Shown here: piece after piece, positions 14,704 to 27,759 of the stretch
Layout of the letters: the number at the start of each line of letters is the position of its first letter
How positions within the stretch are numbered: position 1 is the stretch's first letter
NCBI GenBank assembly: GCA_964016885.1
Contig: OZ024740.1
Coordinates: forward strand, 166,036,001-166,100,000
Direction: 5' to 3'
Length of the DNA stretch: 64,000 nt
From: Eledone cirrhosa
Taxonomy: Eukaryota
The notes under the pieces: model-generated
What the model saw: only the letters and a program-made list of their open reading frames with translations
Database searches by the model: none
Told to the model about the DNA's origin: nothing
Translations under genes and position numbers: made by a program

Positions 14704-14860
14704 GGCGGTGGATTGGCAGTATTAGTGTAGTGCCGGACAACGTGCTTGTTGGCATAGAGTTACGGCCCTTTATGAGCTAATTTCAAATCCCCCCGACGTT
14801 AGCTCTGCCTTTCATTCTTACGGGGGTTGATAAAATAAAGTACCTGTCACGCACTGACGG
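14704..14860 (+). mobile_element. Older Nin/Deu-domain SINE 26 bp downstream of the exon donor (further decayed copies near 1330-1620, 5880-6010, 16640-16745, 20100-20360, 20950-21050, 54340-54480, 55900-56040, 57820-57930, 61520-61660, 62400-62500, 63010-63110)
   Basis: GGCGGTGGATTGGCAGTA..TTCAAATCC..GCCTTTCATTCTTACGGGGGTTGATAAAATAAAGTACC. Confidence 0.75.
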
Positions 14861-15489
14861 GTTCTCATCAGCTGGTGTAAATCAGTAATGTCTTTGTTTT
14901 TTATATGCTAATAACGTGATAGTAGTAGTCCACTAATATAGGCATATGATGTACATGACTGTTTTCGTAGGCAGGTAAAGTACTGGAGGTAACACTATTG
15001 CTAAAATTCTTGGGATGGTCATTGACTAAGGCATCAAATTACCAAGAGGGTCAGTAGCACCGTTTCATAGATATTAAATAATTAGTCTGAATAATGTACT
15101 TACATATTTTTACATTTTATCTTCTGGCATCGTATTCATGTTCTAGGACTTGACAGTAGAAAAAGAAAGAGAGGTATGAATAGCTGTACAATGACACACC
15201 GACAGCTTTTAGGTTTAGTGAGTATGTTAAAGTGTCCGTGGAGGTTAATGTCCAAGAAATATGTTTCTTCTTCTTCTTCTTCTTCTTTGTCTTTTTCCTC
15301 TTTGCCCACTTATTCCTGAGAAGGTCATGGGGGCAGAGTCCTCAAACACTCCTAGCTGGTTTTAGATATGTTATGCCTACAGATCTACGGGGTCTCCGCG
15401 TTTGTTAATAACCCGGTGACTCCTATTAATAATGTGTAGAGTTTCTGTGGTTCAAAATCGCAATTACGCAAAAGAGACCATTTCGGTAC

Positions 15490-16008
15490 ACTACGGAATA
15501 GTGCCACTTTTCATTAAAAGTGGCTTACTGACAGCAGGCCCTCAAGAGATAAGTGAGGCACTGAATGAACAATACAAAATTGTTTTCACACCTCCAATGA
15601 GTCACATGCAACTAACTAAGCCAAATGAATTCTTCAACACCACTGCATTACACAGAGAAAGGTGAAAGATGTAATATCAACTATAAACAAAATGAAACCA
15701 AATTCAGCAGCTGGTCCTGAGAGTTTCCTCCCCAAACGTTGCAAGCCAACATTAGCAAAACCGCTGCAGATCCTCTTCCAAAGATCCCTTGCAAGTGGAA
15801 AACTATCCAGAAGACTAAAAGAAGACATAATATGTGCTATGCATAAAGGAGGAAGCAGAGTAGATGCTAAAAACTACAAGAAAATTGTCTTCTAACACCC
15901 AGCATGAAGTTGTCTACCCGGGTAGAAGTTGTCTTACGCACCTCTTACAACATTATGATTGGATACTCAAACAGCTGCTATACCGTTGGAACGTAGATGT
16001 GATATATC
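15490..16008 (+). mobile_element. Decayed CR1-group LINE reverse transcriptase fragment
   Basis: INKMKPNSAAGP..LAKPLQILFQRSLASG..HKGGSRVDAKNY and QH..GRSCLTHLL..VDVIYL motifs, broken by frameshifts and deletion. Confidence 0.8.
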
Positions 16009-18740
16009 TCATGACCATCACATATTTGTTTATATTCAGGGTTACATTTTCCCATGTCTCCTTCTGTTTCTTAAGATATTATAGTATGATTTGAGATAGA
16101 TTTGGCTGTTATTTCCAGCAAGTCGAGCAGCCATGAAGAGGTTCTCTTTTTGGCAGTTGTTTATTTTATTTCAACAAGAAGACATTGCTTTATGCAATGA
16201 AGCAGCGAAGATTCTGCTTTTAGAATTGCATAGGAAAGATTTATGGGATGGACATGTGAATTTAATGACTTGGAACCTAGTCTATTGCGAGAATACATCG
16301 TAGAATTTATTAGTCTAATGGTTCCATGAATTGCATGATATCGGAATAGAGACAGTAAGTAGTGCGACGTTGAGTGGGATATGCAACAGATTGAAGTGGA
16401 GAAAGGGAGAAATGCCTACATCTAAAGAGTAAAATTCATTTAAATACTGAACGATGAGGCAGCAGGCGATACTGATGAGCCAATATATAAATGTTTTCAG
16501 CAACAGAAAGTTCATATATCAAGCATGTTGTAATCTTCTGGGTGGATACAACTTTGGATACTACTGAAAAAAGAAATATGTCATTCCACAGTGGTGAATC
16601 TTACTACAGAGCATGTATTCATAAAATAGGGGTGAATTGGCAAAATTGCAATGACGTCGATAGAATATTTTTTGTGATAATCCTTCCGTAATTCTGAGGT
16701 CCAATTCTGCCGAGGTCAACTTTTCATTCAATACCATTCCGATTTTGAGGTCGATTCTTCTCTTTCGCTTTCTTTCCTTTTTTCTCATACACACGCACAC
16801 ATATTCTCTGTCTTTCTTTCCCTCTTTTTTGTGCACACACATAGTCTCTCTTTTCTCTCCCGCCCTCTCTATCTCTATCTATCCATCCATCTGTCTATTG
16901 CTTTCTCTTCCCCCCTCTCTCTTTCTCTTTCTCACTCCTCTTCTTCTTTGGAAGAAATCGCTTTTATTCAAGCATGGAGAGAATATTCATGACGCGCCAG
17001 ACAATTTAACCAGTATTTGTAGATATAAGCGTTTAACAGTGAATCAAATAAATCTTTTCTGCTGCTGATATTGCACAGACATTCAACAGAGAATAATGTA
17101 TATGAACGACTTAGAACAGTTAAAATAACAAGATTGGTTTAACCAAAGATTAAAAAGTAAACAAAGAATTTTTGAATGAAATGGGATATACAATATTAAA
17201 TGAAGTTTGCTGTCTGGATGAAATGAATCTACCGACTGTAGTTAACCCAGGCCTGGTCTAGTCCAAGGTTAACCACGTTAGAGCAAGGATATGATCAAAT
17301 GAATCATATTCATGGTAATCTCATTATTTAAGGGGTATGTAGGTCTAAATTATTCAATGTGTCCATTCATTCCCTACAGCAGTTGGAGATCGTATGAAGA
17401 AATTTAGCTGCTGTGTACAGCAGGTCCAATGACCAAGACCATATTTGTTGGGGGTGGGCCGGTTCATTTTCTCTTCCTTATTCAAATTTGAAACCAAGTG
17501 CAGCTGAAATTCCTAAAACTCCACAAAAACAGTTCATAGCTAAACACTGAAAAGTTGCATATGTGTAAAATCAACTAAATCATTATTTCTGTCAGCACTA
17601 ATCCCTCCCCACATATACGCAACATAATAAAATTACTCTAGCTTCAGAATTTGTCAATAGGACAGCTAGATATCATAGCACTTTAAATATGTAGAGTTTC
17701 TTCTGTTTTAAAAATTAGTAGATCGATTTAACAACACTGTGGCCTTCCTTTTCCAAGCGTATCTAGAATGATGTGCGGGAGACGTATATTAATTCTAATA
17801 GACCCAGAGATTTTACCACCGTTTTGGGGATATGAAAGACTTAAATAGAAGTTAGAGGTTTCGATTTTAAGAAATGTTACGAGATTGTATTGTCTAATCT
17901 GAAGAATATTGTTAATATACTCTTGTTTTTGTGATTAGTCCGCCTTTCAATCCTGATTTATACGCAGAAACATTCTCGCCATGACCGTAATATGTATAAG
18001 ACTTCATTATCTAATGTGTACTTCCCATTTTAAGATAATACAGTGTGATTCAAGATGTTATTTCTATTAAGTGAAACAAAAACTCAGAGGGTCCAATTTG
18101 GCTCATTAATATCCACTTTGATGAAAAAGGGGTAACTCTAGAGGAAGATATTAGCATGAATGTTTTTAGCGTATGTATTAAAGTGAGTTGGGTTGGATGT
18201 GGTGGTGAATTAGGAATTTGGTTAAGTAGATGTGGAAAAGGAAATTGCGTTGGGTAGATGGTGCTGTTTGCAGACTCCTGGTTTGATGATTAAGCAAACA
18301 AAGAGATCTATATATAATGGAAGACATAGAAGTACAAAAACAAAAAAGCTATAGTTTCTTATTTTGTGATGAAAACCAAAAGGAAGAATTTCAGGCTCTG
18401 TGACTTATAGAAGTTTCACAATTTACTCGTTTCACTGATTACATGTAAAGATTTCATGACGTACACGATGGGGTTGAATATGAGCTCATAAATAATATAT
18501 TTAAAAAAAGGAATGAGGTTCGATGTGCAGTCGTCAAATTTGCTTCATTTAATCATTTAACTTACGTGGAAAAGATTCCAAACCCCGTAATCTACCAATT
18601 AAGAAATTAACTGAGATAACCTCTCGCTCTCTCTCTCTCTCTTGCTTGCACGGAAACACATTCACACATCTTTATTTGTATATATTAGCACACTCAAAAA
18701 CACACACATATACATTGAAACATCTTATAAATATATATAT

Positions 18741-19097
18741 ATATCAATAATATTAATAAATGGAAACTATCTTTATAAAACCATATTTATTTTATTATAT
18801 ATATTTCAAGGGTACCAACATTTTTGGTACGCTCTCCTCAGATAAAATACAAAAGTTGTTTTACATAGTTTTGAATATGTCACTATCTGTAAAACAACTT
18901 TTGTATTGTATCTGATGAGAGCGTACCAAAAGTTTTGGTACCCTTGAAATATATATAATAAAATAAATATGGTGTTATTAAGATAGTTTCCATTTATTAA
19001 TATTATTGATATTATACTCCAGAAGAATACTGTAGAGTGCTTCTAATCTGTTATAAACTAAATTTATTGAATAACCAACAAATTAAATAACTCATTG

Positions 19098-19100
<3 letters not shown>
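18741..19100. mobile_element. Foldback element (family B) with two divergent minimal hammerheads, flanked by (TA)n
   Basis: Arms at ~18741-18868 and ~18884-19012. Minus motif 18788-18849 has core CTGAGGA. Plus motif 18904-18965 reads CTGATGA GAGCGTACCA..TGGTACCCTT GAAA TATATA TA ATAAAATA. Confidence 0.87.
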
Positions 19101-19173
<73 letters not shown>

Positions 19174-20366
19174 TATGAGATAAGGGATTAATTAGTCAAG
19201 TTAAACATTTGGAAGGATTCATACTCAATGTGCACTGGAAATGATGAGATTGAAAAAATCTGGAAACAGCAGTGTAACAGTTGTGAGATGCTTTCTTCTA
19301 GTAAATTCGGATATTTACCCTATTCACTAGACTCATTCCTTAGACTATAGGAAGCTTATTGATCAAACTGCAGTGTTATCATTGATCTATCTGCTGTATG
19401 TGTGTCTACCTGCATATCTGTTTGTTTGTATATGTGTATCTCTGTTTGTTTGTATATATATATAAGGATGATTGTGCGTATGTGCATGTATTTGTTTAGA
19501 TATACATATTTATATACGCATACACACACACACAGATATATAAATATATCTATGTGTGTGTGTGTTCTGGGGCGTATATATTAATTTAATATATAACATA
19601 CTTTTATATCGTTCCTCGTTACTTATTCAAAAATATCGATTTGTTACTTTGGCAGAAGGCCACTTACTTATCCAAGAACAGAAACGTCTCCCCGCCTCAA
19701 ACACACATATATATGTCTGTTTTTCCCATGTATCAGAAATCATGATCTTAAAAAGGACTTACTGTAAGAACGTTCGCTAATTAAATTGCTGATTACATGA
19801 AGAAATTCTTTCCGTTTCCATTAGCTTCTTTTTGCTTTTTTTATTTTTCGATTGTTGTGTTATTTCAATTGTTTTCGTTCCTCTATTCTGGAGATGTTTT
19901 ATGTTTTATTTTCTTTGCAATTCCATTTTCAGTTATTGTGTTTCCAACTTAGTTTTTATTCCTCCGTATATTCCACCCATCCGCAAGAAAATCTTTCCTT
20001 TATGATCCCATCAAGTTCTTAAGCGCTTATTTGGTTATTGTTCTTCAATGTTTTTTTATTAATACTACGACTACTACTACTGCTGTTGCTGTTGCTGATA
20101 GAATCTTTAGAGTGACATGGCAAAATGCCGCATGATCGTTGTTCCGAATATTCCGTTCTAAGTTCAATTTCCGCAGAAGTCAACCTTGTCTTTCATCTTT
20201 GCGTAGTCAATAAAATAATGTACCAGTAACGAACTAAGGTCGATTTAAACGACTTTCCCCTTCCTCAAGAATTGGTGATCTTATCCTTAAATCAAAAAAA
20301 CATTATCTAAGGGAAATGGGTTGGGAGAGTGATTGCCTTGTGCCAATGTTAGAAACAATCATTAAT

Positions 20367-20690
20367 TGTTTCTACTTTTGGCACAAGGCCACAATTATCC
20401 AGTGCATTACTGGTACTTTATTTTATCGACCCCGTAAGGATGAAAGGCAAAGTTAACCTCGGCGGGATTTGAACTGAGAATGGCAAGGGCCGTTAGAAAC
20501 AATCATTAATTGTTTCTACTTTAGGCACAAGGCCAGCAATTACCCAGTGCATTACTGGTACTTTATTTTATCGACCCCGTAAGGATGAAAGGCAAAGTCA
20601 ACCTCGGCGGGATTTGAACTCAGATCATAAAGGAACGTAACTATGCTGGAAAGCATGGCGTCCGACCCTCTACCGATACTGCCAATCCAC
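20367..20690 (-). mobile_element. Same SINE family: full copy (20511-20690) with TSD plus a partial tandem duplicate (20367-20490)
   Basis: CAATCATTAAT flanks the full copy at 20500 and 20691. A 144-bp duplication includes the flank GTTAGAAACAATCATTAAT. Confidence 0.85.
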
Positions 20691-21542
20691 CAATCATTAA
20701 TGATTTCATTTAAGCATTGAGCCTAATTATATCTTTCGATATTTATTAATGTTCATATTCTGCCTGAATTGACTTTTAAGAACTTCATTCCAAGTTTTTC
20801 ATCTATCAAGTCTTTTGCAAATAAAGGAATTATTCGGTATTCGCTCGGGCAATTTGATTTTTAATTTAAAACCCCAGCAATATCAACATTACCTTTCAAC
20901 AATCAATCCGGGTTTATGTAGTGTCAAATGTATCGGCTAAACTCTCTGCCATTACGGGGTCGATAAAATAAAGTACCAGTAGTGGGTAACTGCTGGCCTT
21001 GTGCCAAACGTACTGGGTAATTGCTGGCCTTGTGCCAACAGTAGAAACAATTATATGCATGTTAGGAATTATAATATTTATGACATTTACACTCCGGTTG
21101 TGCGCCCTTATTCTCCCACCCGACTCAAGAATTCTCAGTAGAAGAACATCGCAACATGGAGAGATGGAAACGATATCAAATAAAAATATCCTGATTAATG
21201 CAGGTAGCTGGTTTCCACATATGTTGTGGAAGTCTACTTTCTTAAATGAAATTTTGTTTTTCTTATTGTATATTCTACTATAATATTTTAATTACTATAT
21301 GTAATTATCTGTATGCTATATCTATAAACTTTTATAAAATTGCCCTCAAATTTATTATATATCTTTTTTCGCCCCACCTTTCGAATTTGGTATAATTTGT
21401 TTCATACCACATACCACGTGTTTTAGTAAGTTGATTTACCGTTTCTTGTTTTGCAATGATTCACCTCAGTATCCAATGAAGGAAATCCTTATTGAAAATT
21501 ATAAAAAATTAGAGAACATTTTAGATATAGTGTTGTTGTAGT

Positions 21543-21583
<41 letters not shown>

Positions 21584-22032
21584 TTGTTATTATTATTATT
21601 ATCAATAATATTATTAATATCATTATTGATAATTTTGGCTGTTCTTAATTGAAAATGCATTAGTAAATGGGTTTTAAAAATTAAAGACGTCCAAAGTAAT
21701 TAGATGTAATTTTGTTTGAAAATTATTCCACAAACACGCACACATATACATACACAAACTCATGCATTTGTACGTGTGTGTATGTGCCATCGTGAGTGAC
21801 TGTGTGTGTATTAGAGAATAAGAAAAAAAACAAAGAGAAAATAAACTTGTATAAGATGCTTGTTGTTCTCACCTAAGTTCGCTATATACATTGGGGATAA
21901 TTATATATATGAATACATAGTATGTATGTATATATATAGTAATAATAATAAATTTGAAGACTAAAAACTAAAATCCAAAGAGGGCTCGATAAGAATAAAT
22001 ATATATCAAATATATAAGAACCCTAGAGCAAA

Positions 22033-22081
<49 letters not shown>

Positions 22082-22161
22082 TGTGTGTGTGTGTATGTAT
22101 ATGTATGTATATATATATGTATGTATATATATATATATATGTATGTATAAATGTATGATAT

Positions 22162-23209
22162 ATATATATCCAAAACTAAAATTAAGGGTTGTCATGTCTG
22201 AGAGACATGCGCCATATCTACCGTAGAATAAGCTCAAAGATTAGATTCGAACATTACATATCAACTAGAAATATATATATATATATATATATAAAATAAA
22301 CATATGAAACAATCACAGGGAATAATTTGTAAAGAATGTAAGCACACATAGCTAGGTAGGTAACTAATTACATTTTCTCTTGAACTTCAAATATAGATAC
22401 CTTTTAAAATGATTAACCTCCTTTGTATATATTTCTTTAAGTAAGAAACATATTTCACCTATTAATCCGTAAATCACAGCAGTTAAATTCGTGGATGTTC
22501 AGCAACGGAGAAGAAGATAACCATCTGCGTTTACAAAGCAAATGCAAATCTGTGAATGACTCGAACCACGTGTTGCATTTTTTTAAAATACACACATTAC
22601 CCAACGTCATCCCAGTGGCGTCAATAGGACCATCGACAGCCGCCAGAAATAGCAGCCGAGTCTATTCAAATGAATTAGCTCAACAATCAAGGGGACGTAT
22701 ATATATCCAAAATTAAAATTAAGGGTTGTCATGTGTGACATACATGCGCCATATCTACCGTAGAATAAGCTCAAAGATTAGATCCGAGCATTACATATCA
22801 ACTAGAAATAGATTGACATATATATATATATATATAAAATAAACATATAAAACAATCACAGGGAATAATTTGTAAAGAATGTAAGCACACATAGCTAGTT
22901 AGGTAACTAATTAAAGTTTAACTAGAACCTTTTAAAATGATTAATCTCCTTTGTATATATTTCTTTAAGTAAGAAATATATTTCACCTATTAATCCGTAA
23001 ATCACAGCAGTTAAATATTTGGATGTTCACCAAAGAAGAAGATAACCATCTGCGTTTACAAAGCAAATGCAAATCTGTGAATGACTCGAACCACGTGTTG
23101 CATTTTTTTAAAAATACACACATTGCCCAACGTCATCCCAGTGGCGTGAATAGGACCATATGTTTATTTTATATATATATATATATATATATGTCAATCT
23201 ATTTCTAGT

Positions 23210-23215
<6 letters not shown>
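22162..23215. repeat. ~537-bp unit in ~1.85 direct copies followed by a short inverted segment, flanked by (TA)n
   Basis: CCAAAA(C/T)TAAAATTAAGGGTTGTCATG occurs at 22170 and 22707. 23157-23213 is the reverse complement of TATCAACTAGAAATAGATTGACATATA..TAAAATAAACATA. Confidence 0.85.
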
Positions 23216-23280
<65 letters not shown>

Positions 23281-23553
23281 CAGTAGCATTGCACGACACG
23301 TAAACACGGTTGTTTACCTGATTATATACGAATTGTTTATGTATAAGCTTCACCCTGGAATGTTAATTATCTGTGATAATGTTGCTCCTACTCGTAGCAA
23401 CATAAGAAGAGCACCCGGACGTCACAGATTTTGGATGTTTATCCGTTTTCATTGAGGTTTACTTTCTTGCTCTTAAGACAACAACAGTATTTTTGCTTAC
23501 AAACCTCGGCTGATAATGGTCATCTGTGAGGTTTGAAATATGTTTGTCATATA

Positions 23554-23688
23554 CTAGCTGAGGTACCCGGCTGTGTCCGGGAGAACAGCTAAGAGAAGAA
23601 GGATAATAGAGAAAACGACTGTATTGGATGTGTTGTCTAGTTTACAGTATGAGGTGAGACCGTTATGTGTGCGTGTGTGTGTGTGTGT

Positions 23689-23728
<40 letters not shown>

Positions 23729-24070
23729 AAATAACAATCATAAAATGTCCTTATTAGGCTGGGGGAGTAAACTGCGGAATAAATGGTAGCATTGACCTTG
23801 GATTTTAAATCTGAAATGACCATAGTCAGTATGATCTTTTTCAGCTCCAAAGGACGTTATCTGATACGCAACAATATACCACATAACATTGCTTCTGAAG
23901 AGTTTAGCTTCGTGTTTATGGTCTGTAAGCAGTATAAGGCTAACATCTTGAGGCTCCTCTATCAGTGGAAGTCTGGCCTTTCCGCCTATGCAACGTGTAA
24001 TAATACCCATGCTACCAATCATTTCTATAATTCTTCGATGAAATCCCAACTATTAATCTTGCCTTAAACT
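23554..24070 (-). mobile_element. Helitron remnant: Rep fragment plus canonical 3' end
   Basis: ORF 23738-24049 contains YQITSFGA..FKIQGQCYHLFRSLLP (RepHel motif). On the same strand the end reads CCCGG-ACACAG-CCGGG hairpin, 8 nt, then CTAG|T at 23554. The 5' boundary is uncertain. Confidence 0.8.
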
Positions 24071-24439
24071 TTTTGTTTCCTGTCTCAGATTCTCTACACT
24101 TTCAGAAATTTGCGATCGTCTTTCTTGTTGCCTTACTCTTTTTGTTTCCCGTCTCATATTCTGAATTAGGTCGATAATAACATGACATTATCCTTAAAAA
24201 GCTAGATTAATTTCAAATAGTATCAATTTTATCTGTCTTCTGCAAAATCAAAGACTGGTGTAAAATGACTTTATAAAAGCTAACGTTAAACATTCAACTG
24301 ATACATTGATCTATAGTTTAAGCCGATTCTAGACTTTTGTGGGACGTCACTCCCCACCTCCTCTCTGGATATCTAACACCTTCATTGTATCTCTCTCTGT
24401 ATAACAGCCTGGCTCTTTCCCTCTGTGTCGCTTTCTATT

Positions 24440-24509
<70 letters not shown>

Positions 24510-24737
24510 TTATGTCAGTCGTCACAGAAATGTGTGTATTCTCACCCACACATACACTCTCACATACACTCACAAACATATGTAGGTGTAGATGTGTGTG
24601 TGTTTAATTCTCTGTGTATCTGATTAAATGTTCACATGAAGATAATGTGTATGCAACTTACTGAGGCCTAACGTACGTAACGAACGCGAAAACACACACA
24701 CATTCACAGATACATGCACACTCATATACAAAATGTG

Positions 24738-24806
<69 letters not shown>

Positions 24807-25361
24807 TGTGTGTGAGAGCGAGTCTGTAGAAAAAGAGAGAGGATGAAGGAACACTGGCGAAAACTCAAAGAAGATTATGCTCTATTAGTTCAGCTTGACT
24901 AATTAAAAGGGGCCACAATAGCTAACATAGAAGTAAAGACTATTCATTCATAGAACCTACCCAACCCTCAGACATATTAACGAAGCTATATTATTAATAG
25001 GGTGCATGGCGTGCCTCAACAGAAAACAGGAATGGAATAGCAACAGATGAACTCCGCTACCTATCGACTGAAGACAGAGTAGGACACATATTTAATAAAA
25101 TACATAGGAAGACACAGAGAAATAGATACAAATCCACGAACACAAATGTACATGTCAAATACAAAGTCAAACAAACATGCCATAGTGAGTCAACTTGGAA
25201 AATAAAAAGACGAAGAGACTGCGAGAAGAACAAATAGTCATAGAGGTGAAATATTACTAACAATAAAGCATATGTAGAAATCAGATAGTGCTTATGTTTT
25301 ATATTGGCATTATTCGCAATATGATAATACTAAAATATAGCAATATAACAATATATATATA

Positions 25362-26072
25362 TGCTTTCAGCGTATTTTTGAATAAATAAATTTTTAGACT
25401 GAGAGTGGGGTTTAGAACCCTCAGAGAAATGGAAAAAGATGAGTATTGACGTACATGGGAGTCGAACCCACATCTTTGGTTATCCCGACCTCTGTGCTAC
25501 CATTACACCAACACATCACCCATCTCCTTCCATTCAAATTAGAAGCTACATTCTTAGCAAGTAAATTACAAGTAAGTATGTTTTGAAACAGTGAGCGAGT
25601 TTGAAATTAGAAATATAAGCGTTCACCGTATTTTTGACTAAATAAATTTTTAGCCTGAGAGTGGGGTTTAGAACCCTCAGAGAAATGGAAAAAGATGAAT
25701 ATTGACGTACATGAGAGTCGAACCCACTCTCAGGCTAAACATTTATTTAGTCAAAAATACGGTGAAAGCTTATATTTCTAATTTCAAACTCGCTCACTGT
25801 TTCAAAACATACTTACTCGTCATTTACTTGCTAAGCATGTAGCGTCTAATTTGAATGGAAGGAGATAGGTGATGTGTTGGTGTAATGGTAGTACAATGGT
25901 CTGGATAACCAAAGATGTGGGGTTCACTCCCATGTACGTCAATACTTATCTTTTTCCATTTCTCTGAGGGTTCTAAACCCCACTCTCAGGATAAACATGT
26001 ATTTAGTCAAAGATACGGTGAAAGCTTATATTTTTAATTTCAAACTCGCTCACTGTTTCAAAACATACTTAC
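25362..26072. mobile_element. 256-bp tRNA-like-containing unit in tandem plus inverted (divergent) arrangement, flanked by (TA)n
   Basis: CGTATTTTTG..AGAACCCTCAGAG recurs at 25371 and 25627. Orientation flips at CCCAC (25723-25727). Each arm holds about 1.4 units. Confidence 0.88.
25447..25517 (-). pseudogene. tRNA-like cloverleaf (Pol III A/B boxes) inside the repeat unit; second copy on + at ~25871-25941
   Basis: GATGTGT-TG-GTGT AATGGTA GCAC-..GGT CGGGATA ACC..-GTGGG TTCGACT CCCAT-GTACGTC-A. Many wobbles or mismatches, so unlikely to be a functional tRNA. Confidence 0.7.
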
Positions 26073-26117
<45 letters not shown>

Positions 26118-26396
26118 GGAAACTGTAAGTGGTATATATATGTATGTATGTAAATATATATATATATACTTTTATACAGATATACACATATGCATACATA
26201 AAAAGTAGCATAACAGTGAGCCAATGTTATCATTAACGATTAAGAATTAACCTAATAATTGGAAAAATATATATTTCTGCGTGTATGTAAGTCATTGTAC
26301 TCGCATAATTGCTTACATGTCTATATACTTATACGCGCATAAACATACATACATACATAAATACATATATATTTATCTCCATATACATTGATATGT

Positions 26397-26620
26397 GAAG
26401 ACGTGGCTGATTGGTTAGAGAACTGGATTCGCAATCATGAGGTTGTCAGTTAGATTCCCGGAACAGGCGATGCGTTATGTCTTTGAGGAAGACACTGTAT
26501 TTCACGTTGCTCCTTCTAGCTGCAGTTGCGACCGATAGACAGTATTAGCAATTGGAAAGACCAACGGAAACAATGTTTCCTCGGTCCGATTTGACGAAAG
26601 TCCATCGACTAAAAAAAAAA
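26397..26620 (+). mobile_element. tRNA-derived SINE of a second family (CORE-like domain)
   Basis: GTGGCTGATTGGTTAG A-box, GTTAGATTCC degenerate B-box, and TGTCTTTGAGGAAGACACTGTATTTCAC resembling the CORE consensus. Confidence 0.55.
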
Positions 26621-26674
26621 ATGCATTGATATATATATATATACATATACATATGTATATATATATATATATGT

Positions 26675-26807
<133 letters not shown>

Positions 26808-27104
26808 CGTAGCTGTTCATATGCATAGGCATGATATACATCATATACATGTGTATACTATTTTTGATGGAGATATAGGAAATTAATTTACTTTTAATTC
26901 CTTGTTTATGCTTGAATATGTTTTTCCATATCTACGAGTACCTTTGTGCATATGCTTCCTGAAATGTGCATCATTAGTGAACTAAGCTAAGCTCATGCAC
27001 TATCTGTAAGTTACAAAATTCTTATCGTATAATACGTAACATTCTGTCTCTCTTAAGCCTAATGTTTATTATTTCAGTAACAATAATAATAATAATAATA
27101 ATAA

Positions 27105-27415
27105 TTGTTTCTACTTTTGGCACAAGGCCAGCAATTATCCCAGCACATTACTGGTACTTTATGTTATCGTCCCTGTAAGGATTAAAAGGCAAAGTTAACC
27201 TTGGCGGGATTTGAACTCAGAACGTAAAGGGACGTAACAATAATAATAATAATAATAATAATAATGGTTGCTGATTTAGGCACAATGTCAGCAATTTTCG
27301 AAGGAGGGGAAAATCGATTAGATCGACCCCAGTGCTGTACTGGTGCTTTATTTTATCGACCCCGTAAGGATGAAAGGCACAGCTATCTTCGGCGGGATTT
27401 GAACTCAGAACGTGA
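27105..27415 (-). mobile_element. Two 5'-truncated Nin/Deu-domain SINE copies separated by (AAT)n
   Basis: Two ..TACTGGT(A/G)CTTTAT..ATCG.CCC.GTAAGGAT..AAAGGCA..GGCGGGATTTGAACTCAGAACGT blocks. Confidence 0.8.
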
Positions 27416-27759
27416 TAATAATTATAATGGCTGCCCTATAGTGACACCAGCTGGTTTAAGCTTTTGTTCAATTTTGCACATTTACACCGATCGTGTAAAA
27501 TACTCTCATCTGTTTCCCCAACTGACAAAGCAGTTTCTGCAGCGGTCAAACTTATTTTATCTCGTGGAACGGGCTCTTAAACATGTTCCTAAATTGTTCT
27601 TTTTTCCATCTCTTCGAAAAATTGGCATTCAAAGTGGCTAGTTTAAAATATTGTGGAGAGCGTGGCAGTCACAGAGGCCAAGCTATCCATACCACATACA
27701 GTAGCAGAGCCAACATCCGAACCTTGCCTAATGGTAGTGAACACAATAAACCTACTATA

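Noticed and set aside
25447-25517. Functional tRNA gene
   Set aside because: Mismatched anticodon stem, the anticodon differs between the two copies, and it is embedded in a repeat; treated as tRNA-like.
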